From Octopus sinensis (taxonomy: Eukaryota), in contig NC_043004.1 of assembly GCF_006345805.1 (NCBI RefSeq), positions 11,408,001 to 11,472,000 on the forward strand: DNA of 64,000 bases, read 5' to 3'. The notes beneath the pieces are model-generated. The model was not told where the DNA came from and did no database searches. It saw nothing but the letters and a program-made list of their open reading frames with translations. Position 1 is the stretch's first letter. Every line of letters starts with the position of its first letter. Below, piece by piece: positions 51,860-64,000 of this stretch. The translations under genes were made by a program, and so were the position numbers.

Positions 51860-52720
51860 CCATTCTTTTCGGTATTCGTGGACTCCCTCTTTCAATGGCT
51901 ACCCAAAAATCTTCAACTGTTGCGGTTTTGCACTGTAACTTTTAGCTTTTGGCTAACACAGTGGAAAAAAATGTCTTGTGGTGTGAAGTCCGGTGAATAC
52001 AGAGGTTATTCTTCTGATCGAATCAATCTTGTTTGTCAAAATCTCATTGAGGTAAACCCTTATGTTAATATGGTAGAGTGTAAACGCCTATTTTCTTGGA
52101 AATAAGACGTTACATCTTCACATATTTCAGGATTAGCATGACAGACTGTCGCAGCAAGTTCAAGCATATGTGACCAGCTATATTACCACCAAACTGCATG
52201 TTCCAATTAATCCTTTTAATGATAAGCTACACCATACTCTAACTTTTAGTAAATTAACACAATATTTCCCTGTAATATGTTGATTCTTAGTTTCTCTCTA
52301 GGTGCAGATGTGGTGGTTAATTGAGCCATTTAATTTTAATTAATCTCATCATTACAAACAATCTTAGTTGGAAACTGTGCATCTTCTACACACCTTCCGA
52401 AATATCAGTCATAAAATTTCAGACTTCCGTATGTATCACCTTCATCGAGAGCAGGGATTATTCTTGGAATGTAACGTTCACAATAGCAGTGATTGAAATT
52501 TCGATGGCTGCTTCAATCTGATATTTTCACGACGAACTTTCTCCACAGATTTTTGTGGACTCTGTCGATACGTTTCTAGAAGTCTGTCTTGCTTTTCTCC
52601 CGGAACATTTTGAACAATTCCAGCTTTTATTCGAGTGATAGTAAATCATATACATAGATCTTTGTGAAGGTTCTTCCTAAACTGCATTTGAACTTCAAAT
52701 CCGTTTTCAAAAACAGCCAC
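51860..52720 (-). mobile_element. Degraded Tc1/mariner-superfamily transposase pseudogene
   Basis: Minus-strand pieces EVQMQFRK, LETYRQSPQKSV, EDAQFPTKIVCNDE..KLNGSINHHIC and PLYSPDFTPQD match the HTH region, first catalytic D (WSDE-like) and PP.SPDL.P.D motifs. There are many stops and frameshifts. Confidence 0.75.
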
Positions 52721-52865
52721 TACCAGTATAAGCTAAATCGCTTTACTTAGCGTGGGACCACCAGCGATCAAGAAGAATATGAGAACCTCGTCTGCTCTAT
52801 GCATGATGACATCTCTGTGACTGCTAATCTGGGATGACCACAGACCATCGAACAACAGCATATAT

Positions 52866-52906
<41 letters not shown>

Positions 52907-53080
52907 CAGTACAAAGTGAGATAGGGGTTATGAGTGTAACCCACTATGGGATATCCATTATCCAATATACTGCCAGTGAAGTACCCAAAAGGCTAATACA
53001 TAAATGCTTACAATTGCAATGCAATTAGTTCATTTATTGTATTAGATGGGCGAAGGTAAAATGTTTTACCTAAAATCATA

Positions 53081-53382
53081 ATACAAATAAGAAAATGGAG
53101 GAACAGATTCCTTTCAATCATCAACTTACAGATAATACCAATTCGTACAATTTATTAACTAATTCAATAGGAACATCCAAATCCAACAGAATAAAACAGA
53201 ATAAAACAAGATAAACTAATAAGTAAGATAATTATATTTTTATGGTATTATCTTACTTAGTGTATATTGTTTTATTCTGTTGGATTTGGATGTTCCTATT
53301 GAATTAGTTAATAAATTATATGAAGTGGTATTATCTGTAAGTTGATGATTGAAAGGAATCTGTTCGTCAATTTTCTTATTTG

Positions 53383-53385
<3 letters not shown>
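53081..53385. repeat. 305-bp fold-back (arms about 140-150 bp, 14-nt loop) abutting (TA)n
   Basis: ATACAAATAAGAAAAT...TAAGTAAGATAAT pairs with ATTATCTTACTTA...TTTTCTTATTTGTAT. Confidence 0.9.
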
Positions 53386-53413
<28 letters not shown>

Positions 53414-53624
53414 ATGTATATATGAAAAGTTTATTTCACTGATGATCCAAACCAATTGGTACGCTATGTAAGTGCTATAAGCGCTCATCCGTTAAGTTCC
53501 AAGTTCACAGCTGAGGTTGGAGCTAGGGATCCATATATATATATATATAATATCCTATAATCCAATATCCCTGCACATCTCACATCTATTTTCATTCCTC
53601 TACCTTTCTATTTCGTATCTTATC

Positions 53625-53775
53625 TAAATTTATTATTGCTTAACCATCTTCTCACACCGTCACCGATGATGGGATATAATAAATATCGTAGAAACAGCTG
53701 AAAGACCTATCTATAAATGTTCTTAAATCTACACTGCCTTGGGTTATTTTTTATCTCGTTACGGAAAAACTTTCA
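53625..53775 (+). mobile_element. Third copy of the PLE-like terminal repeat, with a hammerhead-like motif at 53659-53706
   Basis: GTCA-CCGATGA-TGGGATATAATAAATATCGTA-GAAAC-AGCT-GAA-AGAC. The flanks match 37441-37590 and it ends in (TA)n. Confidence 0.7.
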
Positions 53776-53787
53776 TACATATATATA

Positions 53788-53865
<78 letters not shown>

Positions 53866-53893
53866 TATATATTAATATATATATATTAATATA

Positions 53894-53944
<51 letters not shown>

Positions 53945-54309
53945 CTACTAATATAGGATTAAAAATTTTCAGAAAAAATTTCATCAAAAGTGGCAACATA
54001 TTAAAATACCTTTAAAAGTGAAAAATTATAAGCAATTTATTAAGAAGAGCAAAAGAAAAAATATTTCTATGCCAATATGCTGAGAACAGACTTTAAATTG
54101 TCAGTCACCACATTTCAATATACATTCACTATGAATTGATTCAATATAGAAATAACGAATTAAAAAAAAAATTCCGTCAGCTTCCTTCCTCGATTTCGGC
54201 ACGACGTGTATTTATAGTGAATGCATATTGAAATGTGGTGATTGACGATTTAAAGTCTGTTTTCAGCATATTGGCATAAGAATATTTTTCTTTTGCCCTT
54301 CTTTATAAA

Positions 54310-54345
<36 letters not shown>

Positions 54346-55354
54346 GTATGTATGTATGTATGTATGTATGTGTGTATGTATGTATGCATACATGCATATA
54401 TGTATGCATGTATGTAGTACGTGAAAATAGCAAAGGAAATGTCACAGTAATTGAAGATTCAACATTAAACGACGAAACAGATGTGGCGGAATAATATTTG
54501 TCTAAAGGAAAACGAAATCTTCTCCTCAGAAAAATATGGGAAAATATGAAGAGACGAAGATGAATTAGGATTCCCTTTTCTTCTTAAAACTACAAAACAG
54601 TTAATGGAGAAAAGGTCGCTTCTCTGGTTCCATAGTATACCTAACAAGTTTTAAACCGCACAAAAGCAATTAGTATCATGATACAAACAACTTGCAAAAG
54701 AGTGAATACTAACAAAATTAAGTTTCAGTTATCATACTAAATTTAAAAGAAAACAGCCTGAAGAATTCAGGGTATTTTAATGCAAATGCCTCAAAAAGAC
54801 TGTTGTTTTAGGTTGTATTCATAAATAAAGAAAATTTGAAAAACATTCAAGTGAACAAGATCATGGAGTACCTAATTCAGCTTAGACTGAAATATTTTAG
54901 ATGTCCTAATGTTTTTAAAATATATCGTTTCGATCACTACAGGCTTTATTGTGTCTGTTATTATTTCTCTTTACAAATATGTGAGTTTAATCATGCATAC
55001 GTCACTATATCGATGTATATACATGGATATTATGCGCGTATGTATATATATATACACCAACATGCATATATAGAAATATATACATGTATTTATCTACGTA
55101 CGTGGATGTGCATATACGTATGTCTTCAGAGTTCTTAACATGTCCTTCTGTGTATCATTGGACGTCTCTTTCAACATCCCTATTCGTAAATTGCAAACGT
55201 GATTTTCACCCACCCACGTTATCCTTTCTTTGTAACCCCTAGTGAGCGCTTTGCATTTTTTTGTATCTTTCCAGTCCTTGTGGCTAATAAAGAACAGATT
55301 ATTATGATTATTAATGATATTAATAATAGTAGCATACATAACAACAACCATCAC

Positions 55355-55397
55355 TACAACAACAACAACGATAATAATAATAATAATAATAATAAAA

Positions 55398-55467
<70 letters not shown>

Positions 55468-55474
55468 TAATAAT
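55355..55474. repeat. (AAC)n/(AAT)n microsatellite
   Basis: Direct trinucleotide repeat. Confidence 0.95.
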
Positions 55475-56056
55475 ACATACATACATGCATACATACATAG
55501 ACAGGGACAGTGAAGCGTAACTGGAAAAACAACACTTATATGTAAGAAAGCTGAAAACAAATTTAGCAGAAACATTAATAAATGACTTTCACGAACAACT
55601 GGGAAAAACACAAAAAAAAAGGAAAAGAAAAGGAAACTAACGTAGCAATTAACAAACAGAGGAAATAATATATATGGAAAATATGTAACAAATAATAATT
55701 TCTGGCCGAAAAATCAAAGGAATCTGTAAAACATAATGTTGGAGCGGCATAAAATAAAAAAAAGGGAGAGAGAGGAAAGAGAAAGAAAATAAAATGTGGA
55801 GTTACAGGAGCAAGGGAAAAATATGTATAAAATCAATAGACGCCGTAACTTTGTAGTGATTCCCTTAGGGGTGCGATCCTCGAAGTAAACACTCAGAAAA
55901 TACATAAACGGAAGCAATTTGGAAGGAAATCATGAAGAAAAAATAAATGGAGGTGGAAGGAGGAACGGGTGGAGGAGAAAGAAGGAGAGGGATTAGGGAG
56001 AAAGAGGCGGAAGAAGAGAGAAGACACGCATACTGATAAACATACATATATTTACA

Positions 56057-56168
<112 letters not shown>

Positions 56169-56220
56169 TGTATATATATATACATATATATATATATACA
56201 CACATATATATATATGTATG

Positions 56221-56289
<69 letters not shown>

Positions 56290-56564
56290 TATACATGTGT
56301 GTGTTAGTGTCATGTATGTGTGTATGTATGTATGTATAGGATCGTAAAATGGTAGCCTGTATAACTTCTGACATTTTCTTTTACTTCAAGGGAATTGTTT
56401 GTTTGTTTTGTTTTCTGTTTGTTTTCCTCTTTCATTAATACTACGACATAAAAATATTATCAAATGGCGTATTTTAGTTGTGTTTTATGGAGATTTTATG
56501 CTTATGCTATATTACGATTGTATCTTCTTATTTTGTGCTAACTTTCCTTTTCAAGTATCCATGT

Positions 56565-56611
<47 letters not shown>

Positions 56612-57447
56612 TGGGGCATGGAGAGGAGGAGAAAGAACGTAATTACAGAGAAAATGCGTGATAGAGAAGCGACTTTCATATTTAGAATCCTGCGTTTGCG
56701 TGGAAGAATGTTACTATGCACTTTTGTTCACATATCTGCTGTCTTTCTAGCAAAAGAACACAAGTATATGTATTTCGCTTTTTTTTTTACAAATGAACGC
56801 TAATGCATTTTGTTGCAAATCAATGTGAATGCATTTCTTATTTGTACTTGTTTGTGCTTATTTACGTATATGCATGTCTGTATCCATGTATCTTTACAGG
56901 AGTTGCATTTGTACATTTACACACTCATACAAATAAATCCAAACACATGCATATACACATACATACATACATCCGTATATGTGTTCTAGGTATATTTTGT
57001 TGTGTGAATCTATATAGAGTGTTTGAGTAAAATAAGGAAAACGCCTTACTATATGGAAGTTATATACGGAGCTATGGCATCAATCAAAACTATAGTTTGT
57101 CAAGCAATTGACCCTTACTGCATCTGAAAGGTAGTTGGAAGAATTCTGATTTATTTGTAAGTAAACCCTGCGTTACTTTTTCAGCTACGATGTCTAAAGC
57201 GAAGCGGCTCTTCTGTTACTGCAGTCAATTGCACCATAAATATTATCATATGCTAAGATCCGATGATTATATTGGGTGTGGATCTAACCGATTTACTTCA
57301 CATTTGTGCTCTTCGTACTAACTATGAACTACATTGACCGTATGTATTGGTGTGTTGTCACCCTAGGATACTTCACTGCACTCAAGAAACAATGTTTGCA
57401 CCGTAGGATGGACATGATCATACAGAATTCTCAGGTAATGCTTGGTG

Positions 57448-57668
57448 CTAAATGGCTAAGACATGACAAGGTACAACTAAATGGCCAAGACATGACAAAT
57501 ACAGCTAAATGACCAAGACATGACAAGACACAAATAAAAGGCCAAGATATAACAACATAAACTAAATGGCCGAGATGTGACAATATACAACTAAATGACT
57601 AAGATTTGACGAGATACAACTAAATGGCCAAAATGTGACAAGATACAACTAAATGGCCAAGATATGAC
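57448..57668. repeat. 28-29-bp minisatellite, about 7.7 copies
   Basis: Consensus approximately CTAAATGGCCAAGA(C/T)ATGACAAGATACAA. Confidence 0.9.
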
Positions 57669-57889
57669 TACCAAGTCATCACACAGCCATCTCATATTTC
57701 AGGGCAGAGGTCAAACAGCCAGGGCTGAAGGCTTCGTTAGGCTCTCTCCAGACATAATCCCATCCCAAACTAAGAAATAAAGGCGAATGGTGATTCAAGG
57801 GAGTAGATAGCATTGTTCTATTCCATTCAGCCAATGATCACTTTTGATAGTCTAGACCCCACTTTTTGTCAATACTGAAGGAGTACAGG

Positions 57890-58230
57890 AGAGGTTTACG
57901 CAAAGAAACCTTCCGATGATATCCGACATCAGGGAGCCCACGATAAACAATTTGGTTGTCACGGATTGACATGGTAATGTTTTAGCCCTTATGTCACTTT
58001 CCTGTCGTAGTTCAATAATTTTTTTTATTCTATGTTCTCTTCCTGTGAACTTTGCATTCTTTAAATAATTATGAGCACCAGAGCTGGTTTTACCTTGGTT
58101 CTTGAAAGCCAGCATCATTGTAGTAACTATACCCGCTGAAATATTAAACAATTCAACAATTTTAGTAACTGAAGCTCCAGCCACCAGCGCGCCAATAATG
58201 TCTTCTTTAGAAGTCAGATAGATCACTCAT
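57890..58230 (-). mobile_element. Tc1-like transposase N-terminal (paired-like HTH) pseudogene
   Basis: ATG at 58230. MSDLSDF*R..IIGALVAGASVTKIVELFNIS...FKNQGKTSS resembles MADLSDFQRGQIVGAR.AGASVTKTAELF.VS...GKTSS. Confidence 0.8.
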
Positions 58231-58454
58231 TCTTATTTCTTTATTGCCCACAAGGGGCTAAACATAGAGGGGACAAACAATGACAGACAAAGGGATTAAG
58301 TCGATTACATCGACTCCAGTGCGTAACTGGTACTTAATTTATCGAATGTGAAAGGATGAAAGGCAAAGTCGACCTCGGCGGAATTTGAACTCAGAACGTA
58401 GCGGCAGACGAAATACCGCTACGCATTTCGCCCGGCGTGCTGACGATTCTGCCA
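58231..58454 (-). mobile_element. Well-preserved family A SINE (A1 tail)
   Basis: Close to the other A1 copies. The tail TCTTATTTCTTTATTGCCCACAAGGGG abuts the Tc1 ATG. Confidence 0.9.
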
Positions 58455-59668
58455 CACATCCTAGCATATTCAGGTTGGGGGCGCTTTTGGCGATATGCCC
58501 GAAGAGGCGTCGATAATATCAAGTGAAATAGAGAACGCCAAACCGCCGGTTAATTTTCAATTACTTTATTAGTAAAGTAATATACTTTACATTTGTGTAG
58601 CAATTCTGTCGTCGTGGTCACTACTCTGCTAAATACATTGAAGACTATGCCTGCTCTGAAGAGTTAAAAAAAATCATAATATGCCTGAGATACGGATTGT
58701 ACATGCGAAACTGATTAACCTAACAACAGTCAATGAACTAATGTTGTCTTTCCTCCACAAAAATATTTCTTCTTAAATTCTTATGTTAAGTTATTTAAAA
58801 TCACCTTAGCCATTGCTTTTTCAATGTGGATGGCACTGCAGAGATATGAACCAAAATCATTTCTTTTTGTAGTATATCAATATTTCAAAGTTTTGGGTGT
58901 ACAATAATGTAGAGTTATATTGTAATTATGAATGTGTGTGACTTAATGATTACGATGCTTTGCTCTCGATCTTTGAGTCATATGTTCTATTCACTGACCC
59001 GGACAGGCATTATCAATTTGAGCGAGTCATTTCATTTCATGTTACATTAGTACACTTAACAAGGAAAGGAGTACTGGAGAAAGCTGGAGACTGTCCTGCA
59101 ACAGACTGACATCCCGTACAGAGAGGATATTTACACAGATTTTACGCCTTGAAAACATAGATAAGCTAAGTAAGCGCTGGTCTCACAAGCCTTTAGTCTT
59201 GAAGCAAATATATTTAATAATTTTCTCATAAAACTTCGGCAAACTGAATATTATGTGTCACTGAGGACTTTTAATCTGACCTGAAATGTCCAGTCGAGAA
59301 TTGTCTTCCGTGTATATTAAAATGTTTATTGCTACTGAACAAATGTTTCTTTCAGAAATGCGTATTTCTTTTTAGAATATTTAATGTCCCTTACACTGAA
59401 TATGATAAAGTAACATTAACTGTTTGACTGTAATAACTTTTACTTTTCGTCTCTTGCATGTTGATGGACAGCGAAATAGTAGGACCCAGCTAAATAATTT
59501 GCACTTGATGTGATTAGATACTTTAATTTCCTTGCTCCCAAAAGGCTTCGTGTTCTTTATTTCATTTGTATTTACCATCTAATTAGAAATTAGGAAAGCC
59601 ATAAATCTGGGATGAGTGGAAATCCTAAGCTTATGAAACTAGAATATATTCTGTAATTACTATAAATA

Positions 59669-59758
59669 TACAGGGATGGTCATAAGTCGCTTAACCCATT
59701 TCTTTATTATTATTATTATTATTAGAAATAGGTAAAGCAACCTGTGGACATCCCTGTA
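59669..59758. mobile_element. 86-bp Tc1/mariner-type MITE with TA TSD
   Basis: TA-CAGGGATGGTCATAAGTCGCTTAACC ... GGTAAAGCAACCTGTGGACATCCCTG-TA, with imperfect 26-bp TIRs. Confidence 0.6.
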
Positions 59759-59946
59759 TATTCAACGGCCTATATGGGTGCAAGTGTTGTCAGTGATTGT
59801 TATTTCCGTTTCTTGTAGCTGTGGGTGTCTCTGTTACTGACTTATGTTTATCGTTGTTAATCACACATTAATCTTGATCGCGTAGAATTATAGTCAACGT
59901 TGATCTAAACGCGGTCATTCTGTAATGCAAGTAACTGACCTCACTA

Positions 59947-60488
59947 TAAAAGGTGGCTCAAAAGAACGTTTACAGTTATTCAACTATCTCTTTTGCTTTC
60001 ATATATTAGCAGTTTAGATCTTAATTATGAAAAAAAAATGAAACTATTATGTTAATTTAGTTAATTTTTTTTCAAGTTCCCTTTTCAAACCATTCCATAG
60101 CATTGGTTTGGCAGACGGGGCAGCATCGAAAGGGCACCACGTTCAACTGACGTGATACCAATGGATTTCTTTTTGAGCAGGATGTAGTAAAGAACAAAAT
60201 TTATGAGAAGTATCCCAAAACAGTAAATGAATTAAAAGAATACATTTCTGACGCATTCACTGAAATTGATGGAGATCGGAATTTGTGCTTGACTATGTGT
60301 CAGAGTGTTCTGAAGAGGTTTGAAGAATGTTGCAATGTTGAAGAAGGACATTTTCAGCCTCTGAGAGACTAAACATAGTGCATAAACAATATGATTATAA
60401 GACAGAAATTTAAATGTAATAAAATGTTTTAAAAGAAATTTAAATTGCCTACGTGAAAACTGTAAACCTACTTTTGACCCGCTCTGTA
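59947..60488 (+). mobile_element. Internally deleted Tc1/mariner element retaining the transposase C-terminus (60101-60372) and degenerate TIRs
   Basis: WFGRRGSIERAPRSTDVIPMDFF/VVKNKIYEKYPKTVNELKEYISDAF...EEGHF..LRD*. The right end reads (reverse complement) TACAGAGCGGGTCAAAAGTAGGTTTACAG, similar to the left AAGGTGGCTCAAAAGAACGTTTACAG. Confidence 0.8.
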
Positions 60489-60883
60489 TAACAGCTACCA
60501 GTTTCTAGCGATTACATTATTTCATGCATTACGAAATATTCTTCACAACTTCGTTAAAATCGGATTTCGATATGGGGATAATAAGATTCAAGATCATGGA
60601 GGATATTGACGCTAATGAATTCGATAGGCGAGTTTAGATTCATTAGATACAACCCGGTAAATGCATTTTCTGTTTGTTTGTTTTTTTCGTTAAAAAAAGA
60701 AAAATCCAGACAAACGATTCTTTGATCCTGGACGTTAACGTTCGATAGTAGATATTAATGTTAAATTCATAAAGGTTATTTCTGGGTAAATCATTTTGTA
60801 TATTACATTCCAAATACGACTCTCTGAAAATCTTGGAACATGATTTAAGCTATTACGATTTAAACTATTACGATTTAAACTCT

Positions 60884-60985
60884 TATCTTTTCGGGGTCGA
60901 TAAAATAAGTACCAGTTAAGCATTGGGGTCGATGTAATCGGCTTACTCTCTCTCCTGAAATTTCTGGCCTTGTGCCAAAATTTGA
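60884..60985 (+). mobile_element. 5'-truncated family A SINE (A2 tail)
   Basis: CTTTTCGGGGTCGATAAAATAAGTACCAG...TTTCTGGCCTTGTGCCAAAATTTGAAA. Confidence 0.8.
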
Positions 60986-61482
60986 AATCGTTATTTTATG
61001 TATAATTATTATTCGCAAAGGATTATCAAACAGATTAACTTTAGCGAGTGTCACAACAAGTAACTGTGCGTAAGAGTTCGCACTCGCCGCACTTCGTGAT
61101 AAAACAGCGCGATTTAAACAGGAAACTAATATTCAAAATGTTTCCAGCACAATCTTATATACAAGAAAATATAAATTCGTTAACCAATAATATAAAGATG
61201 AGCAATCAGACAGTCAACTCACAATGTTCAAACCATAAAAATTAAGTGTTCTCTTAACTGGCAATGCGATTAACAATTCTCAAATGCATCGAGGAAACAT
61301 GTTATGCAGCTATGTTTGTACGTATTCATGTATGTATGTACGTACGCATGTATGCATACATGCATAGATGGATGGATGTATACGTGGCTGTATGCATGTA
61401 TGCATGTATGTATATAAATATATGCATATATATGTATTTATATTATAGCGTATTATATTACATTATATATTATGTCATGCAG

Positions 61483-61531
<49 letters not shown>

Positions 61532-62111
61532 CTCGCACATATAAACACACACAGACACACAAAGACAAACACACTCACACACACATACACACAAATACTG
61601 TTATACTATACATGCATGTTCATATTGATGTGTGTACGTCTGTACGCATGCATGCCAACTGGAATTAAAATATAAACAGTTTGAATCCAACAATATCCTA
61701 TTCCCTGCAGCGTATTTATTCTGTATAATTCTCCATCAAATGTTTGCTCTTGGGGGCTATTCTAATAATATCATGAATTCTTCAAAATACTAAAAGAATC
61801 CAAACTTTGAATACATTCTATCAAATACATTAAAATCATTTATCAAAATAGCACCTTGCAAAATTTATACGATTCCGACTAAAATTTAAAGTTATTCAAA
61901 GCTTAAATGATTAGCCATATCATTATTGTGTTGTTTCCCCGATTTTTGTGTTAGCATCGTGGTAGACATGGTGTAATAATTTCATGGGCTTCCGTCTTAC
62001 ACATATAAAGAGATGTCTATTTTATCGAGTGTATATGACGGAAAGGCAATTTTATCTTCAGCGTAAGAAGTGGGTGGGTCGGTCCAAATTAAATACCACA
62101 ACACCTATTTC

Positions 62112-62288
62112 GCGGATTAAGTCGATTATATCAACCACAGTGCGTAACTGGTACTTATCTAATCGACCCCGAAAGGTTGAAAGGCAAAGTCGACCTCGGC
62201 GGAATTTGAACTCAGGGCTTAGCGGCAGACGAAATGCCACTAAGCATTTCGCCCGGCGTGCTAACGTTTCTCCCAGCTCGCTGCCTTA
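62112..62288 (-). mobile_element. Family A SINE, tail absent or atypical
   Basis: Head and core are intact. The sequence beyond GGATTAAGTCGAT matches neither the A1 nor the A2 tail. Confidence 0.8.
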
Positions 62289-62453
62289 GAATGTTCCTTA
62301 TATTAACAAACAAATGCAAATGTAAAAAATTATCAACAATTATTCATTATTCTTATTTATAAAATATTGTTGATAAAGCGTTTAGTTAGACAAAATACTT
62401 AGAACGACGAGCAGCATCGGAGTGATTCGAACTAAGAAGGCAAAACGAATTCA

Positions 62454-62487
62454 TTAATGCCATACCGTATTTACGGTATGGCATTAA
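62454..62487. repeat. Perfect 16-bp-arm palindrome
   Basis: TTAATGCCATACCGTA-TT-TACGGTATGGCATTAA. Confidence 0.95.
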
Positions 62488-64000
62488 CAGAAAAACTACT
62501 TTAGATATAGTGTAGTAATTGAGGCAGAACACTTAATGGAGTTATATTAATTAAAAGTTACTGAACTATGGCCGATTAGGATTGGGCTTAGAATTTGAGC
62601 AGGTATGAGATGTAGATAATATTGTCATCTGTGTGCAATATCACTTTACTGTGCTCTCACGCAGACATAAAATACAAAATGGTGGGATAGCAACAGGAAT
62701 GGATAACTAATTATGCATAAAAACAACGTTCAGATAACAGTATTTAAAGCAATAACATTAATTAATTGACGCTTCGTTCCATTTTAACACAGCATTTTTT
62801 AAAAATATATATCTAGTGTTTTATATTTCATTTTTTCAACAGGATAGTGGTGGACGAGGTAAGGTACGCTGCAGTAACTTGTTATATGTTGTTAGTTGTT
62901 TTATTACTGCCTGTTTTTGTTGCTGTTGTTGTTTGAGCCAGGTAAGCTCTGATTCGGCACACCTCTTATGGAGGATACTCCAGTCGATACCAAGACAGTT
63001 TATTTGGTGGGGAAACTGAGAGTGAAATGAGAAGTGGTGACTCCCGGGAAATTTGTGGAAATGTGGATGCGAGCGTTAAGGACGATCCGAGTAAATGGGT
63101 TCAGAGCATGTGTCTGTAGTTTGAGGATGATTATAAAAATAGGGCTTTTGCTCTAAGTTGTCAGGGTGACAGTGGTCAAGTAGAGTAATTCAGAAAAATT
63201 ATAAAATATATAATTTCAAAGATCAGGAAATACTTTACTAATGTCTGTAGGCAGATGTATGGATTTTCAGCCTTGCCTTAAGAAATAAATATTCTCAGCG
63301 ATAGATAAATTTCGACTTGTTCTGCTGCTACAGAAAAAAAATTTGTACATATTTTATATTATTCTAGCAGTATACGACAAAAACTTAGAGATGATATGTG
63401 AATTCTGTGGAATTTTAAGCTTGTTTCGGCAGACATTGGCAATTTTAAAATTAGTGGCAATGCCGGAGTGCACAGAAAGTCGTACCTCTGTAAAAGTATT
63501 CATTCTATCAAATTATATAGAGGTGTATATGTAATTCAAAATACGTATTTCCGCTAGGAAATGGATCCAAATCCATAGAAATTATATACGTAATATGTAA
63601 ATGTAAATATTGCTGTGCTGGATTCTCGATTATTTGTCATCCCGTTTGAACGATATTTATATTTCGTTTTTAACGATATGAAATTTGTTATGTCGCAATT
63701 GCATTAAGCCCTCCTTAAATAAGTGTATCAAATATTGCTATCAGTAATGATATAAAAGCTTTCTTCTGAATTTAATAGTTTTACAGCAGGAATAAGATAG
63801 ATTCACTCTAAATTTCTTAACTTTTAATTGCAGAAAACAGTTTTATATACCAAAATAACTTTTGTTGAGGAATGTCAAGTTTGAAATAAATTTTTGTTCA
63901 GATATGTCAAACTTACGGAGGCAACGTGACTTGCAGAAAATGACAATTCTGATTTTTAGTAGATATTTAATATCATTACAATAGCCATGCAATTTAATTA

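Noticed and set aside
57448-57668. CRISPR-like periodicity
   Set aside because: The units are contiguous with no unique spacers, there are no cas genes, and the context is eukaryotic.

Overview
AT-rich eukaryotic non-coding DNA, most likely from an octopus or other coleoid cephalopod. That is an inference from the very dense (TA)n/(CA)n/(TACA)n/(AAT)n microsatellites and the tRNA-derived SINE families. I cannot support any intact protein-coding gene, and nearly all listed ORFs are microsatellite read-through. The window is a transposon graveyard. It holds four SINE families (my labels A-D), degraded LINE 3' ends (RTE-like, CR1-like, R4/Dong-like), a Penelope-like (PLE) GIY-YIG remnant, three Tc1/mariner transposase remnants plus a tiny MITE, three Helentron-associated (HINE/DINE-1-like) elements and several long fold-backs. 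The most notable unexplained structure is: (1) a set of minimal type I hammerhead-ribozyme-like motifs with palindromic stem III, one family sharing a CCGAUGA core variant and arranged as an inverted pair; (2) SINE multimers and chimeras enclosed by single target-site duplications; (3) an apparent templated insertion copied from 1.7 kb away; (4) a 784-bp tandem duplication that differs only by homopolymer indels and may be an assembly artefact. All alignments were done by eye, so repeat boundaries are approximate.
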